The notes under the pieces: model-generated
Seen by the model: only the letters and a program-made list of their open reading frames with translations
The model's database searches: none
Told to the model about the DNA's origin: nothing
Source: Octopus sinensis
Taxonomy: Eukaryota
Direction: 5' to 3'
NCBI RefSeq assembly: GCF_006345805.1
Contig: NC_043026.1
Location: 3,100,001-3,164,000 of the forward strand
DNA: 64,000 nucleotides
Shown: piece after piece, positions 52,818 to 64,000 of the stretch
Numbering within the stretch: position 1 is the first letter of the stretch
Layout: each line of letters opens with the position of its first letter
Made by a program: the position numbers and the translations under genes

Positions 52818-53279
52818 ATTACATGGAAAAATGCAAGCAAGAGAAATAATATTCTTAAGATTATAAACTTGGAAAAATACAGGAGAAATTATTAAATCTG
52901 GTAGAGTACAGAACAAGAATATTTTTACTTAAAATATTGCAGCTTAAGAATAAAATTTGAATATTAAAAATTATTTGATTTTAATTTACAAAGTAACATA
53001 ATTAAAAAAGGTAGCTTCGTTTTGTTAAGAATTAGTAAGTAATAACAAATAGAACTTGTAATAAAATTTTTAGTTTTAATAAAAGCTAATATTTTCTAAA
53101 TCTAAATATTTTATTTGAAATTTTATCCTTAGCTGCAATATTTTAAGTAAAAATTCTCTTGTTCTGTACTTTGTAATAACTTATCCTGAACTTTCCTAAG
53201 TGTAATAACTTGTCCTGTACTTTTCCAGGTTTATAATCTTAAGAACATTATTTCGTTTGCTCACATTTTTCCATGTAAT
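52818..53279. repeat. Degenerate AT-rich inverted repeat, arms of about 200 bp
   Basis: ttacatggaaaaatg / catttttccatgtaa; tttttacttaaaatattgcagct / agctgcaatattttaagtaaaaa. Confidence 0.8.
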
Positions 53280-53284
53280 ATATA

Positions 53285-53578
53285 AATTTAAATAATAAGG
53301 GTGAAAAATTGAATATTAATTTGATGAATATCAATTTAAAACCAGTGGCCTAGCATATAGAAAAATCTGAAGATTCAGAAAAATTATATTATATATAAGA
53401 GGGATGACCACTAAGTGGACATCCATTATGCTAGATGTAGACCCCATATGGTCTGACCACTAAGAAAAGATTGTTCTCAAGAGAATTTTCTTGAGAACAA
53501 TCTTTTCTTAGTGGTCAGACCATATGGGGTCTACATCTAGCATAATGGATGTCCACTTAGTGGTCATCCTCTTATATA
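53285..53578. mobile_element. Fold-back element family P, copy 3 (near-perfect arms of about 90 bp, 53392-53578)
   Basis: Seen directly; homology to the other P copies. Confidence 0.85.
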
Positions 53579-53580
53579 CA

Positions 53581-53708
53581 CTGTTGTGTCTGGGGAGAGT
53601 CATTCTCTTTTCGAGCCTTATAATTTAACACACTCACTCGAAATTTTACCAGTGAGTGTGTTACATTATAAGGCATTCAAAGAGAATGACTCTCCCCAGA
53701 CACAACAG
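53581..53708. repeat. Inverted repeat, arms of about 58 bp
   Basis: ctgttgtgtctggggagagtcattctcttt / aaagagaatgactctccccagacacaacag. Confidence 0.9.
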
Positions 53709-53779
53709 AATATGCTTCAACACACAAACTCATATAAAGAATCTTGCAAACCAAATCCAAAAATGAAATATATATATAT

Positions 53780-53993
53780 ATACTCTTTTACTTGTTTCAG
53801 TCATTTGACTGTGGCCATGCTAGAGCACCGCCTTTAATCGAGCAACTCAACCCCAGGACTTATTCTTTTGTAAGCCCAGTACTTATTCTATCGGTCACTT
53901 TTGCCGAACCGCTAGGTGACGGGGACATAAACACACCAGCATCGGTTGTCAAGCAATGCTAAGGGGACAAACACAGACACACAAACACACACA

Positions 53994-54035
<42 letters not shown>

Positions 54036-54186
54036 TACGATGGGCTTCTTTGAGTTTCCGTCTACCAAATCCACTCACAAGGCTTTGGTCGGCCCGAGGC
54101 TATAGTAGAAGACACTTGCCCAAGGTGCTACACAGTGGGACTGAACCCAGGTAAGCAAGTTACTTACCACACAGCCACTCCTGCGA
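53780..54186 (-). mobile_element. SINE family A
   Basis: Homology to 20818-21233. Confidence 0.88.
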
Positions 54187-54400
54187 CTATATATATATAT
54201 ATATATTTTCACACAATCAAACAGGTTCCTACTTGACTGGCATTGGTTTGTGTCAGTAAGACGTGTTATTTCATAAAATTGACAAAAAGTTACCATGAGG
54301 GTGTGAAAAATTTAATATTTCAAACTCCTTCGGGGAAAAGTTGAAAGGAGAGTAATTAAAGATAGCAAAGTTTTGTATCCCCTAAATTAAAAATGGTGTA

Positions 54401-54445
<45 letters not shown>

Positions 54446-54564
54446 CTGTATATATATATATATATATATATAACGAGAAGGTTTACGAAAATAAACAAAA
54501 GACGAAGGTGGAGTACAAACAAACAATTGTATTAGTATGGCGCTCAGGAATAGAAATAGAACAA

Positions 54565-54603
54565 GTCTTTTACGTTTCGAGCCTACGCTCTTCAACAGAA
54601 AGA
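54565..54603 (-). ncRNA. Minimal type-I hammerhead motif (CUGUUGA core variant) within a pLTR-type repeat 54472-54670
   Basis: tcttt-CTGTTGA-a-gagc-gtag-gctc-GAAAC-GTA-aaaga: perfect stems I and II. Confidence 0.65.
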
Positions 54604-54728
54604 TACACAGAAAAAAACAAGGAGTGAAAAAAATGCGTGTAGGAGCTAACAATCTATCATGGCGTCCTGACTTATATATATATAAATACAGACACACATG
54701 CAAGCAAAAGCAGATGTTTATATATATA

Positions 54729-55110
54729 CTAGCAGTATCGCCCGGCGTTGCTCAGGTTTGTAAGGGAAATAACTATAAAGCATTTTTAGAGAGTTATAGC
54801 CAAAAAATAGCAAAGAAATGGAAAAAAAATATGGTAAATTTTTTTTTAGTTAAAAAAGGTGGAGTTGCGTCCCCTAGACAGTTTGCGGTTTGTGTTTCTG
54901 ATTCTCGACCCCATGTCGAATTTATCGATTTTTTTCAGAACTGGGGGAACTTTCCAAAATTTTCGCTGCGTTAGTTTTGAATTATGACATTGGGCTATGT
55001 GTGTGTCAAGTTTCATCAGAATCGGTTGAAAGCCGTGGTCAGGGTGAGGGTACAAGCAAACAGACACACAGAAACACGCACAGACAAACTGCCGTTTATA
55101 TAGAGAGAGA
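54729..55110 (-). mobile_element. Non-autonomous Helitron, same family as 37777-38134
   Basis: Reverse-complement homology with TC...CTAG ends, in a (TA)n tract. Confidence 0.85.
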
Positions 55111-55114
55111 TATA

Positions 55115-55357
55115 TATAATATCAAGGTTAATAAGAAATATTAGAAATTTCTATTACCAGTGGCCTAGCATGTAAAAAAATTTAGTCAATAGACTAAATA
55201 TTATTCATATAAATACAGTGTACATTTGAACACATGAGAGGCATCCATCATAGGACTCCTTACATGCTAGAAAGAACAGTTGGAATTTAACTGTTCTTTC
55301 TAGCATGCAAGGTGTCCTATGATGGATGTCTCATATGTGTTTCAATGTACACTGTAT
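55115..55357. mobile_element. Fold-back element family P, copy 4 (diverged; arms 55213-55357)
   Basis: ccagtggcctagcatgtaa ... ttacatgctaga; inverted arms of about 70 bp. Confidence 0.7.
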
Positions 55358-55489
55358 GGATGTGTATATATATAATAATAATAATAATAATAGTAAACAT
55401 GAAATTCTGTCTGTCCATTCGTCTGGGACCCCTGTATCTTAGCCTACATGTACATAGACATAGAAGCTTCTTAGAATTGCATAGCTCGT

Positions 55490-56965
55490 TCAACATTTAT
55501 CATTTATAGGAAAATGATTTCCAAGTTTGTTGATTATTTGGAGGCCTTCTTGGATTGTACTTGCAGACAGTGGAACCGCTTCTTCATCATCACTACTATA
55601 AACTAACTTGAAATCATATACATTCTCTGAAATACTCTCTATAATTTGTTCTTGATTAGGAGCTTCGTCAATTCTTAATTTTGCAATATCTTTGATTGTT
55701 AATTCTTCAAAACCTTCTCTGCCAATCTGATGTGTCAAAGGGATGCTACCAGAATGTAATTCGTTCGTATTTAGATACGAGATTTTTAGGCTCTACACAT
55801 TCTAGCCAAAGTGATCTCCAACATGCATTTAGGGTGGATGGCTTTAATTTGGATAAAGCTGGGGCAGCATAATTAGCACAATTAATTATTGTAAATTTTT
55901 TCCATGCTTGAATGATTGAAAGTGTTCCATGTTTTTCTAGTTCATCCATGATATATTCAAATGTTCACTGGATATGATTTGAATGTTGAATCCATACCCT
56001 GATCAAGCGGTTGAACCAGTGATGTGTTAGGTGGCAAGAATAAGACTTTTACATTCGGGTGTTCCAAATCTGGATGACCGGGTGCATTGTCTATAAGTAA
56101 AAGGACTCAAGACCTTTATCTTCCATATATCTTCTTACTTCAGGAATGAAGCAGCTGCTAAACCATTTGGTAAATATTTCTGCTGTCATCCATGACTTTT
56201 TTATTGCCTTTCATTGCACGTGGACGAACTGATCGATTAATTCATAACGGTTTTAACAATCTCCTGAAGCGTTGCTACATAACAAGAAAGTCTCACGGTC
56301 TTTAGCTGCCTTAAAACCACTGGAACTTTTCTCTGATTTTGCTATACACTTTCTGTGTGGCATTTTTTTGGTAAAAGACACCAGTTTCATCTGCATTGAA
56401 AACTTGGTCTGAAATGTAACCACCTTCTTCAATTATTTTGGTTAGTTCTGAAAGAAATTCTTCAGCAGTTGTCTTATATGTCAATGATATTTCACCTCTC
56501 ATTTTTATATGATGCAGTGCGTGTCTTTCGAGGGATTTTCTAAGCCGTCTTGTACTTGCAGCAAATTCATTCTTCTTTGTATCACTAGGCAGATGCACTT
56601 GATGACTCCAGATCATTAGTCTTCTTGTAAAATCCTAATTCCATCTGGTTTATGGTTTTACCATTTATTGGCCTCCTTTTTTGATTGTTTTCTTCAGTCC
56701 ATATTATTCAAGCTTTCTCCATTTCTTCTTGAATCATGTCTCTTGTATATGACGACGACTTGGCAGAGAATTTTGTTCCGGAAACTTCAGATCTTCTAAT
56801 CACAGCATCATTCCTTTTGATTGCTCTTATTGTAGCTTTGTTCCGGCAGAAAGCTCTACCCAAGGATGCTGCACTTTTGCCCTTACAAAGATGATCCAAA
56901 ATATTGATCTTGGTTGCCAAAGAAATTGATGCTCTTTCATTTTTCTTAGATGTATCAATCGACAT
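55490..56965 (-). pseudogene. Tigger/pogo (CENP-B-like, DDE_1) transposase pseudogene
   Basis: N-terminal HTH ISLATKINILDHL; QVFNADETGVF; manual translation VLLLIDNAPGHP...FLPPNTSLVQPLDQG near 56000-56105; multiple stops and frameshifts. Confidence 0.92.
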
Positions 56966-57829
56966 TTTGGGGTCGGTTATCACTATCATGATCACCAATA
57001 AAAAATATAGCAGAGGATGAAACCCGTGACATATCTTTCGTATTAGACCCGTTGCTACCGACTGCTGCCATGCGCTGTCTGATGGAGCTGTTACATGCAG
57101 CCAGAGGTATGTCCTGTGCATAGGGCCCACCCATACCGGAGAGTGGTGGGATCACTATACGGAAAAAAATAGATTGGATTCTACTTTATTTTGCTAAATT
57201 GTTACTTAATCATGTTACGTAGAGTTTCGGCATTTTGTAAATTATAATTGTTACTTAATTGTTTACTTGTCACTTGCAATCAATTCAGTGGTCACTCAGG
57301 GACAGAGGTTTAAACCATGTTAAAGTAAAAAAAATAGTGCAAAAAATTAATCAGTTCTTTTTGTTGGACCGTTTTATTTGAAAACCGTGCAAAAAAAAAG
57401 AAAAAAAAAGAAGAAATTGAGTGTATTTCATTTAAACTGAATTTAAAGTAATACCATATTGGTAAGATACCAATAAATGCTTTATTATTGCTCTTTATTT
57501 ACTTTTGGGACCAATTAGCCCTCTGCAGGAGCTAGCTGAGGAGTCCGCATGGAGTGCAGCTTTTAAATTAGCATATATATATATATATAGTTTTATTTCA
57601 TTCTACACGTGTAGAATGAAATAAAACGATTTCTGTTCAATCTTCGTTCAGCTCCATTTCTTCAATTCACCAATAATATTTTAATTTCAATTATCCGCAC
57701 CAACGCACGGTTGCAACACCATATGGTTGTACCTCCAACCGTGCTGTTTTCTGCTGTGATTTTTGCTACCAAGGTATCGGTTAAACTTTTGATTAATCTG
57801 CTACAAGATTATTCATCTTTCTATTTCAC

Positions 57830-57868
<39 letters not shown>

Positions 57869-58044
57869 GTATGTATATAATTGAGAGAAATAACCTCTGT
57901 TAAGTAATTCAATAGTGACAGACACCATCCACACCATATAGAAAAAAATTAAATATACTATAATAAATATTATTTTAAAAAATCACTAAATTAAATAAAC
58001 ATAATAATATTGCTCTCTCTCTCTGAGCAGTGCTGAGCTATCCT

Positions 58045-58220
58045 GCTATTTTCTTTCCTCTGTCTTCCCTTCTCTGGATCTTTCCTTCTATGTTTCCGAC
58101 GAAGAGCTCCGCTTGAAACGTTAAACCCTCCTTCTGTCCTGAGCGTCCAATAATACTATATTTGTTCCACGTCCTCGCGTTGTTGTGTTTTTTAGTACTT
58201 TCATGTTTGGATTAACTATA
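58045..58220 (+). mobile_element. Penelope-like pLTR-type repeat with hammerhead motif at 58092-58126
   Basis: gttt-CCGACGA-a-gagc-tcc-gctt-GAAAC-GTT-aaac; ends in (TA)n. Confidence 0.65.
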
Positions 58221-59569
58221 TATATATATATTTATATATAAAAATAAAAACTTACTTGGAGAAGAGAAACGACACATGCGTTCGGTCATATAATAACAAT
58301 ATAATAAATAGATAAAATATATGCATATATACATACATATATATACATACTTACATCTACATGTATATATACAAGCATATATATATGTATGAGTACAGGA
58401 CACCACAAATAAACGTAGAACACAACGAGAAACAAAAACATAAAATCAAACAAGGAAACGGACTTTTTTTAACAACAGAAAAACAGAGTACAGGACAAAC
58501 AATACAAGGAAAATTCCCCTTCATCAGCTGCCCCTGGTTCGACTCAATGCGTGTTTCGAAGGTAAGGGCAGAACACGGCCAGGCCGAAGCAGTCCTTCCT
58601 GCAAAAGGAATTAAATAAAATTCTTTTGCAGAGGGGTAAAACAAGTGACAAGAACAGGACGTAAAAGCAATACAAATGAAGAAAAAACAGTACAAAAAGG
58701 AATAACAGGACAGGGAACCAACAATAAGGGCTTTCTTTAGGCCTAGACGGTGGAAAAATTAGTTAGAACGCATGTGAAAAGTCGGCTTGCGAAAGACAGG
58801 GAAGTCGATCTATGCTTGTTGAAGGCACGATATATATATATATATACATGCATAGCTATGTGTGTGTACTAGCTTTTATTTGACTCTTCTTCTGTTGGTG
58901 ATATTCGTGTGTCCCATAAATAAAATGTGTCCAGCTGCTCATTGTTATTTGAAGCCATGGAGTAAAGTATGGTGGGAAAGAAGCAAGGGTTGTCATCAGC
59001 CAAAGCGTCCGGTTATGGAATCCGTCCTCAAGTAGTCCTCTCCACCTCTTGCCAGCATCGTCAAAGCTGCCACGAAAATCCTTTTATTCTTTTTACTTAT
59101 TTCAGTCATTTGACCGTGGTCATGCTGGAGCACCATCTTCAAGAGTTTTAGTCAAACAAATCAAACCCAAGATGGTTTTTTTTTAAGCCTAGTATTTATT
59201 CTGTCAGTCTCTCATGGCAAACCGCTAAGTTACGGGTATGTAGACACACCAACACTGGTTGTTAAGTGGTGCTGGGGCATGGAGACTGACACAAAGCACA
59301 CACAGGGTGTGTGGTAAGAAGTTAGCTTCCCAACCACATGGTTCCAGGTTCAGTCCCACTGGTTGGCACTTGGGGCAAATGTTTTCTACTATTGCCTCAG
59401 GCAATACATGTATATATGTATGTGTATATATGTATCGACTAAAGGCGGTGCTCCAGCCTGGTCACAGGCACATGACTGAAACAAGTAGAACAATAAAAGA
59501 CTATACCATTTTAATCTTGTGGGACGCCCGGTATCTCTGCTATTATTTGTGTATATATGTATATATATA

Positions 59570-59579
59570 CATACTAAAA

Positions 59580-59618
<39 letters not shown>

Positions 59619-59647
59619 TAAAACCTATATATATATATATACTAAAA

Positions 59648-59692
<45 letters not shown>

Positions 59693-59710
59693 TAAAACCT
59701 ATATATATAT

Positions 59711-59748
<38 letters not shown>

Positions 59749-59755
59749 CTAAAAC

Positions 59756-59790
<35 letters not shown>

Positions 59791-59795
59791 CTAAA
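59570..59795. repeat. (TA)n minisatellite punctuated by ctaaaacc
   Basis: Five ctaaaacc units plus a final ctaaaa, separated by variable TA runs. Confidence 0.9.
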
Positions 59796-60240
59796 AGCGA
59801 GTGTAGTCAAAGCTGTGTGGTGTTCAGTTATAAATATAAAATACCTGAATGAGTGAAAATTACATAAACACATTCAGGGCATGTTTTAGTATGTATATAT
59901 ACAGGAGTGGCTGTGTGGTAAGTAGCTTGCTAACCAACCACATGGTTCCAGGTTCAGTCCTACTGCGTGGCATCTTGGGCAAGTGTCTTCTAGTATAGCC
60001 TCGGACCAACCAAAGCCTTGAGAGTGGATTTGGTAGACGGAAACCGAAAGAAGCCCGTCGTATATATGTATATATATATATATACAATTTGAAACCAGTA
60101 TCTTTTCATTTCACTACAGCTCTGTTGTGATCCAGCTGCATCTGTGATTAGTGAGGTTCCACTATAAGCCAGCTCATTTTTAATTAATTCAGCCATAGTA
60201 TATCTTGGACTACATCACCCAAAGAGTGTATCCTTTCTTT

Positions 60241-60633
60241 TTAACCTTTAGCATTTAGATTAGTTTGAAAAACGTAATGCTTATGTATTCACATTTGTTT
60301 CAAGTTAACCCTTTCGTTGCCAGATTTATTTTAAGGTGCTTTGTGTTTCTTTCAATTAATTTTAAATATAACAAAGAATTAAGTAAAATAACTTCGTTAT
60401 CATTAAGCTAGTGTTAGGAATATAAATTGTGACTAAAGTTTGGTGGAAGATTTTAATTCAGAACTTTTAGAAAGGAGTCATTTGTACTCAGAGCTAGGGC
60501 CGGTTTCTTGCAACTTTGAGATTTGGTGATGTGATTGTTTATTTTTAAGGGGCCAGATCTGGCTGGTTTGAACATAAAAGCAAAGTCAAATATTTGGGCC
60601 TGATTTGGCCGGTTTAAACACTAAAGGATTAAG
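60241..60633. mobile_element. piggyBac-like MITE type 1 with an inverted MITE type 2 nested at an internal TTAA (60305-60507)
   Basis: Outer ttaaccttt...aaaggattaa; inner ttaaccctttcgttgcc is the reverse complement of the 50608 family. Confidence 0.75.
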
Positions 60634-61809
60634 ATAATAATTTAGATTAGGATTTGAGCCAAATTTGGTCACTGCATCTGGGAGATTGAGCAAATTGTGT
60701 GCAGACTCCAGTGGAACATCCACGTTATCATTACTGTAGCACGCCGTTTAGTTGCTATGTGTTTCCGGTTTCAATTTTCAGTGAGAACACTCTTCACTTT
60801 ATTCCACTCCCCGTCCACTTCACCTCACTCGACATTCACTCTAATTTCAGTCCACTTTATTTCACACCTACTCAATACATTCTCTACAAACTACTATTTG
60901 TTTTGAAATTCAGTACAATTGATGGGTCACATTAACCAGCTTGTTCCTTTTCTACTATGGAGCGTGGGAAGGTGACTGGCTGGAATGATGATTGCAGGGC
61001 CAGATTTATATATGGGCTTATATGGACCAAGGTCCAAAGGCTTCCCTTTAACTCTGAGATGCCTTAAATTTGGAGTTAAAAATTAAAAAATATATTTACG
61101 GTAATCAAATAATCTGTAATTGTTTTTTTGTGTCTAAATTTCTTTTTAATTAGGTAGAGTTTTTCTAAAATTATTGAACCCTGTTTGATTTATTGGGCCC
61201 TTTTAGATTTAAAGAGAATCATTAAATCTAATTGAAGGCTTTTTAAGTTTTGGGGCCTCCTCCAACTGTTTGCTCCTTTTGGATATAATGAGGTCTGTTT
61301 TATTGTCCTATGTTTTGAATTAGCTCTTTTTAAGTAGTGCCTTTTTAAAATACTTGGAGCATGTTTTCTTTTGATATTATAATAATAATAATAATAATGA
61401 GAGGGCATCCAACAGCAATGTCTTATCCAAACAAATGAACAAGGCTACAACAACACTTCAGAAGCTCTCCATGTGCTGGCAGGCATTAGCCCCACTCTCT
61501 CAAGTGTAAGGCTTATTTATTGATACCATTTTGAATTAATCACACATTATCTCGTAACTTTGAGATTTTGATGATGTGATTGTGTATTTTTACAGTGACC
61601 TTATAGGGTAGGTGCGAGAGACTGGTTCTGGTCAGTTTTAACATAAAACTGGTAGAATATTTGGTTGGATATGGTCAGTTTAAATGCAAAGAAGTTAAAG
61701 TGATATGCCAAAAAGAAAAAGAAGAAAAAATACAAAATTGATATGGAATTGTAAAAGTTCTTTGAATTTTGATTACTTACAGGACTATATTTTTAACAAT
61801 GCACATCCT

Positions 61810-63616
61810 AGATCTATGACTAGGTAGATAGATCTATGAAAGTATGACTATAAAGTTCTATAGTAGTTCAGCTAGATAGATAGATCTATAGAAGTACGAC
61901 TAGATAGATAGATAGATAGACCCGTAGAAGTATGACTAGATAGATAGACCCATAGATGTACGACTAGATAGATAGACCCATAGAAGTACGACTAGATAGA
62001 CCCATAGAAGTACGACTAGATAGACCCGTAGATGTACGACTAGATAGACCCGTAGATGTACGACTAGATAGATAGACCGGTAGAAGTACGACTAGATAGG
62101 TAGACCTGTAGAAGTACAACTAGATAGATAGACCCATAGAAGTACGACTAGATAGACCTGTAGAAGTACAACTAGATAGATAGACTGGTAGAAGTACGAC
62201 TAGATAGATAGACCCATAGAAGTACGACTAGATAGACCTGTAGAAGTACAACTAGATAGATAGACCCGTAGAAGTACGACTAGATAGACCTGTAGAAGTA
62301 CGACTAGATAGACCCGTAGAAGTACGACTAGATAGACCTGTAGAAGTACAACTAGATAGATAGACTGGTAGAAGTACGACTAGATAGATAGACCTGTAGA
62401 AGTACAACTAGATAGATAGACCCGTAGAAGTAAGACTAGATAGATAGACTGGTAGAAGTACAACTAGATAGACCTGTAGAAGTACAACTAGATAGATAGA
62501 CTGGTAGAAGTACGACTAGATAGATAGACCTGTAGAAGTACAACTAGATAGATAGACTGGTAGAAGTACAACTAGATAGATAGACTGGTAGAAGTAAGAC
62601 TAGATAGATAGACCTGTAGAAGTACAACTAGATAGATAGACCTGTAGAAGTACAACTAGATAGATAGACCGGTAGAAGTACAACTAGATAGATAGACCGG
62701 TAGAAGTACAACTAGATAGATAGACCCGTAGAAGTACAACTAGATAGATAGACCGGTAGAAGTACAACTAGATAGATAGACCGGTAGAAGTACGACTAGA
62801 TAGATAGACCCATAGAAGTAAGACTAGATAGGTAGACCTGTAGAAGTACGACTAGATAGGTAGACCCGTAGAAGTACGACTAGATAGGTAGACCCGTAGA
62901 AGTACAACTAGATAGATAGACCCGTAGAAGTACAACTAGATAGATAGACCCGTAGAAGTACAACTAGATAGATAGACCCGTAGAAGTACAACTAGATAGA
63001 TAGACCCGTAGAAGTACAACTAGATAGATAGACCGGTAGAAGTACGACTAGATAGATAGACCCATAGAAGTAAGACTAGATAGGTAGACCTGTAGAAGTA
63101 CGACTAGATAGGTAGACCCGTAGAAGTACAACTAGATAGATAGACCCGTAGAAGTACAACTAGATAGATAGACCCGTAGAAGTACAACTAGATAGATAGA
63201 CCCATAGATGTACGACTAGATAGATAGATAGACCGTAGAAGTACAACTAGATAGAAGACCGTAGAAGTACGACTAGATAGATAGACCCATAGAAGTAAGA
63301 CTAGATAGTAGACCCGTAGAAGTACGACTAGATAGGTAGACCCGTAGAAGTACGACTAGATAGATAGACCCATAGAAGTACAACTAGATAGATAGACCGG
63401 TAGAAGTACGACTAGATAGATAGACCCATAGAAGTAAGACTAGATAGGTAGACCCGTAGAAGTACGACTAGATAGGTAGACCCGTAGAAGTACGACTAGA
63501 TAGGTAGACCCGTAGAAGTACGACTAGATAGATAGACCCGTAGAAGTACAACTAGATAGATAGACCCGTAGAAGTACAACTAGATAGATAGACCCATAGA
63601 AGTACAGCTAGATAGA
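61810..63616. repeat. About 1.8-kb minisatellite, 28-bp unit gacc(c/g/t)gtagaagtac(a/g)actagatagata (24-bp variants)
   Basis: Seen directly; unit spacing 62921 to 62949 = 28. Confidence 0.97.
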
Positions 63617-64000
63617 TAATATATAATCAAATTGGTCCCATATGTCGATGTATCTGCTGAGGTTTTGAAACCAGAAGCAAGTTACGGAAGCAGCACAAAC
63701 AATGAACCTTGTGTATGTTCATATAAGAATATGTATGTGTGTGTATATCTTTTATGCATCAGCATGTATGTACACATGCATCTGTGTATGCGTATATGCA
63801 CCTCTATGATTGTAGTGTGTCTGACTCTGTTGTTATGTTATACTTGTATATACTTCAGTGAGTGTAGATAAATTCAAAATTCTAAGTATCTATTGGCATG
63901 CATATACATACATATGTACATGTATACACACTCACTCATACATGCAAACACTCACTTATATACGTGTAAACTAGAATTGCCCCAACTTGATATTAAGATG

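Noticed and set aside
55490-57130. Domesticated TIGD/CENP-B host gene
   Set aside because: Multiple stops, frameshifts and deletions show it is a dead transposase
58385-58700. Hammerhead in a minus-strand repeat (GAAA at about 58555, CTGATGA at about 58522)
   Set aside because: Core halves are present but convincing stems I and III could not be built; possibly another decayed PLE end
60100-60170. Plus-strand acceptor tcttttcatttcactacag and a possible exon
   Set aside because: No good donor, an early stop, and no homology I can recognise
61810-63616. CRISPR-like array
   Set aside because: Contiguous units with no unique spacers, eukaryotic context, no cas genes

Overview
Eukaryotic, repeat-saturated, essentially non-coding DNA, most likely an Octopus (cephalopod) scaffold judging by its tRNA-derived SINE families; there is a 100-N gap at 758-857. 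No intact host protein-coding exon can be supported, and nearly all listed ORFs are microsatellite or SINE read-throughs. The window holds dozens of SINEs (three head/core types), decayed LINE ends (CR1-like, several RTE types, an RLE/R4-like element), a Tigger/pogo and a Tc1 transposase remnant, hAT-, piggyBac- and mariner-type MITEs, non-autonomous Helitrons, very long microsatellites and a 1.8-kb minisatellite. A CpG-containing segment with a consensus splice donor at about 24.0-24.3 kb may be a promoter and non-coding first exon. The most notable layer is a set of short fold-back elements, mostly in (TA)n/(TG)n tracts. Several carry minimal type-I hammerhead ribozyme motifs, and one is physically linked to a Penelope-type GIY-YIG C-terminus and a tRNA-like cassette. 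A separate four-copy family lacks a hammerhead but keeps a covarying multi-stem pseudoknot, a candidate undescribed structured RNA or ribozyme.
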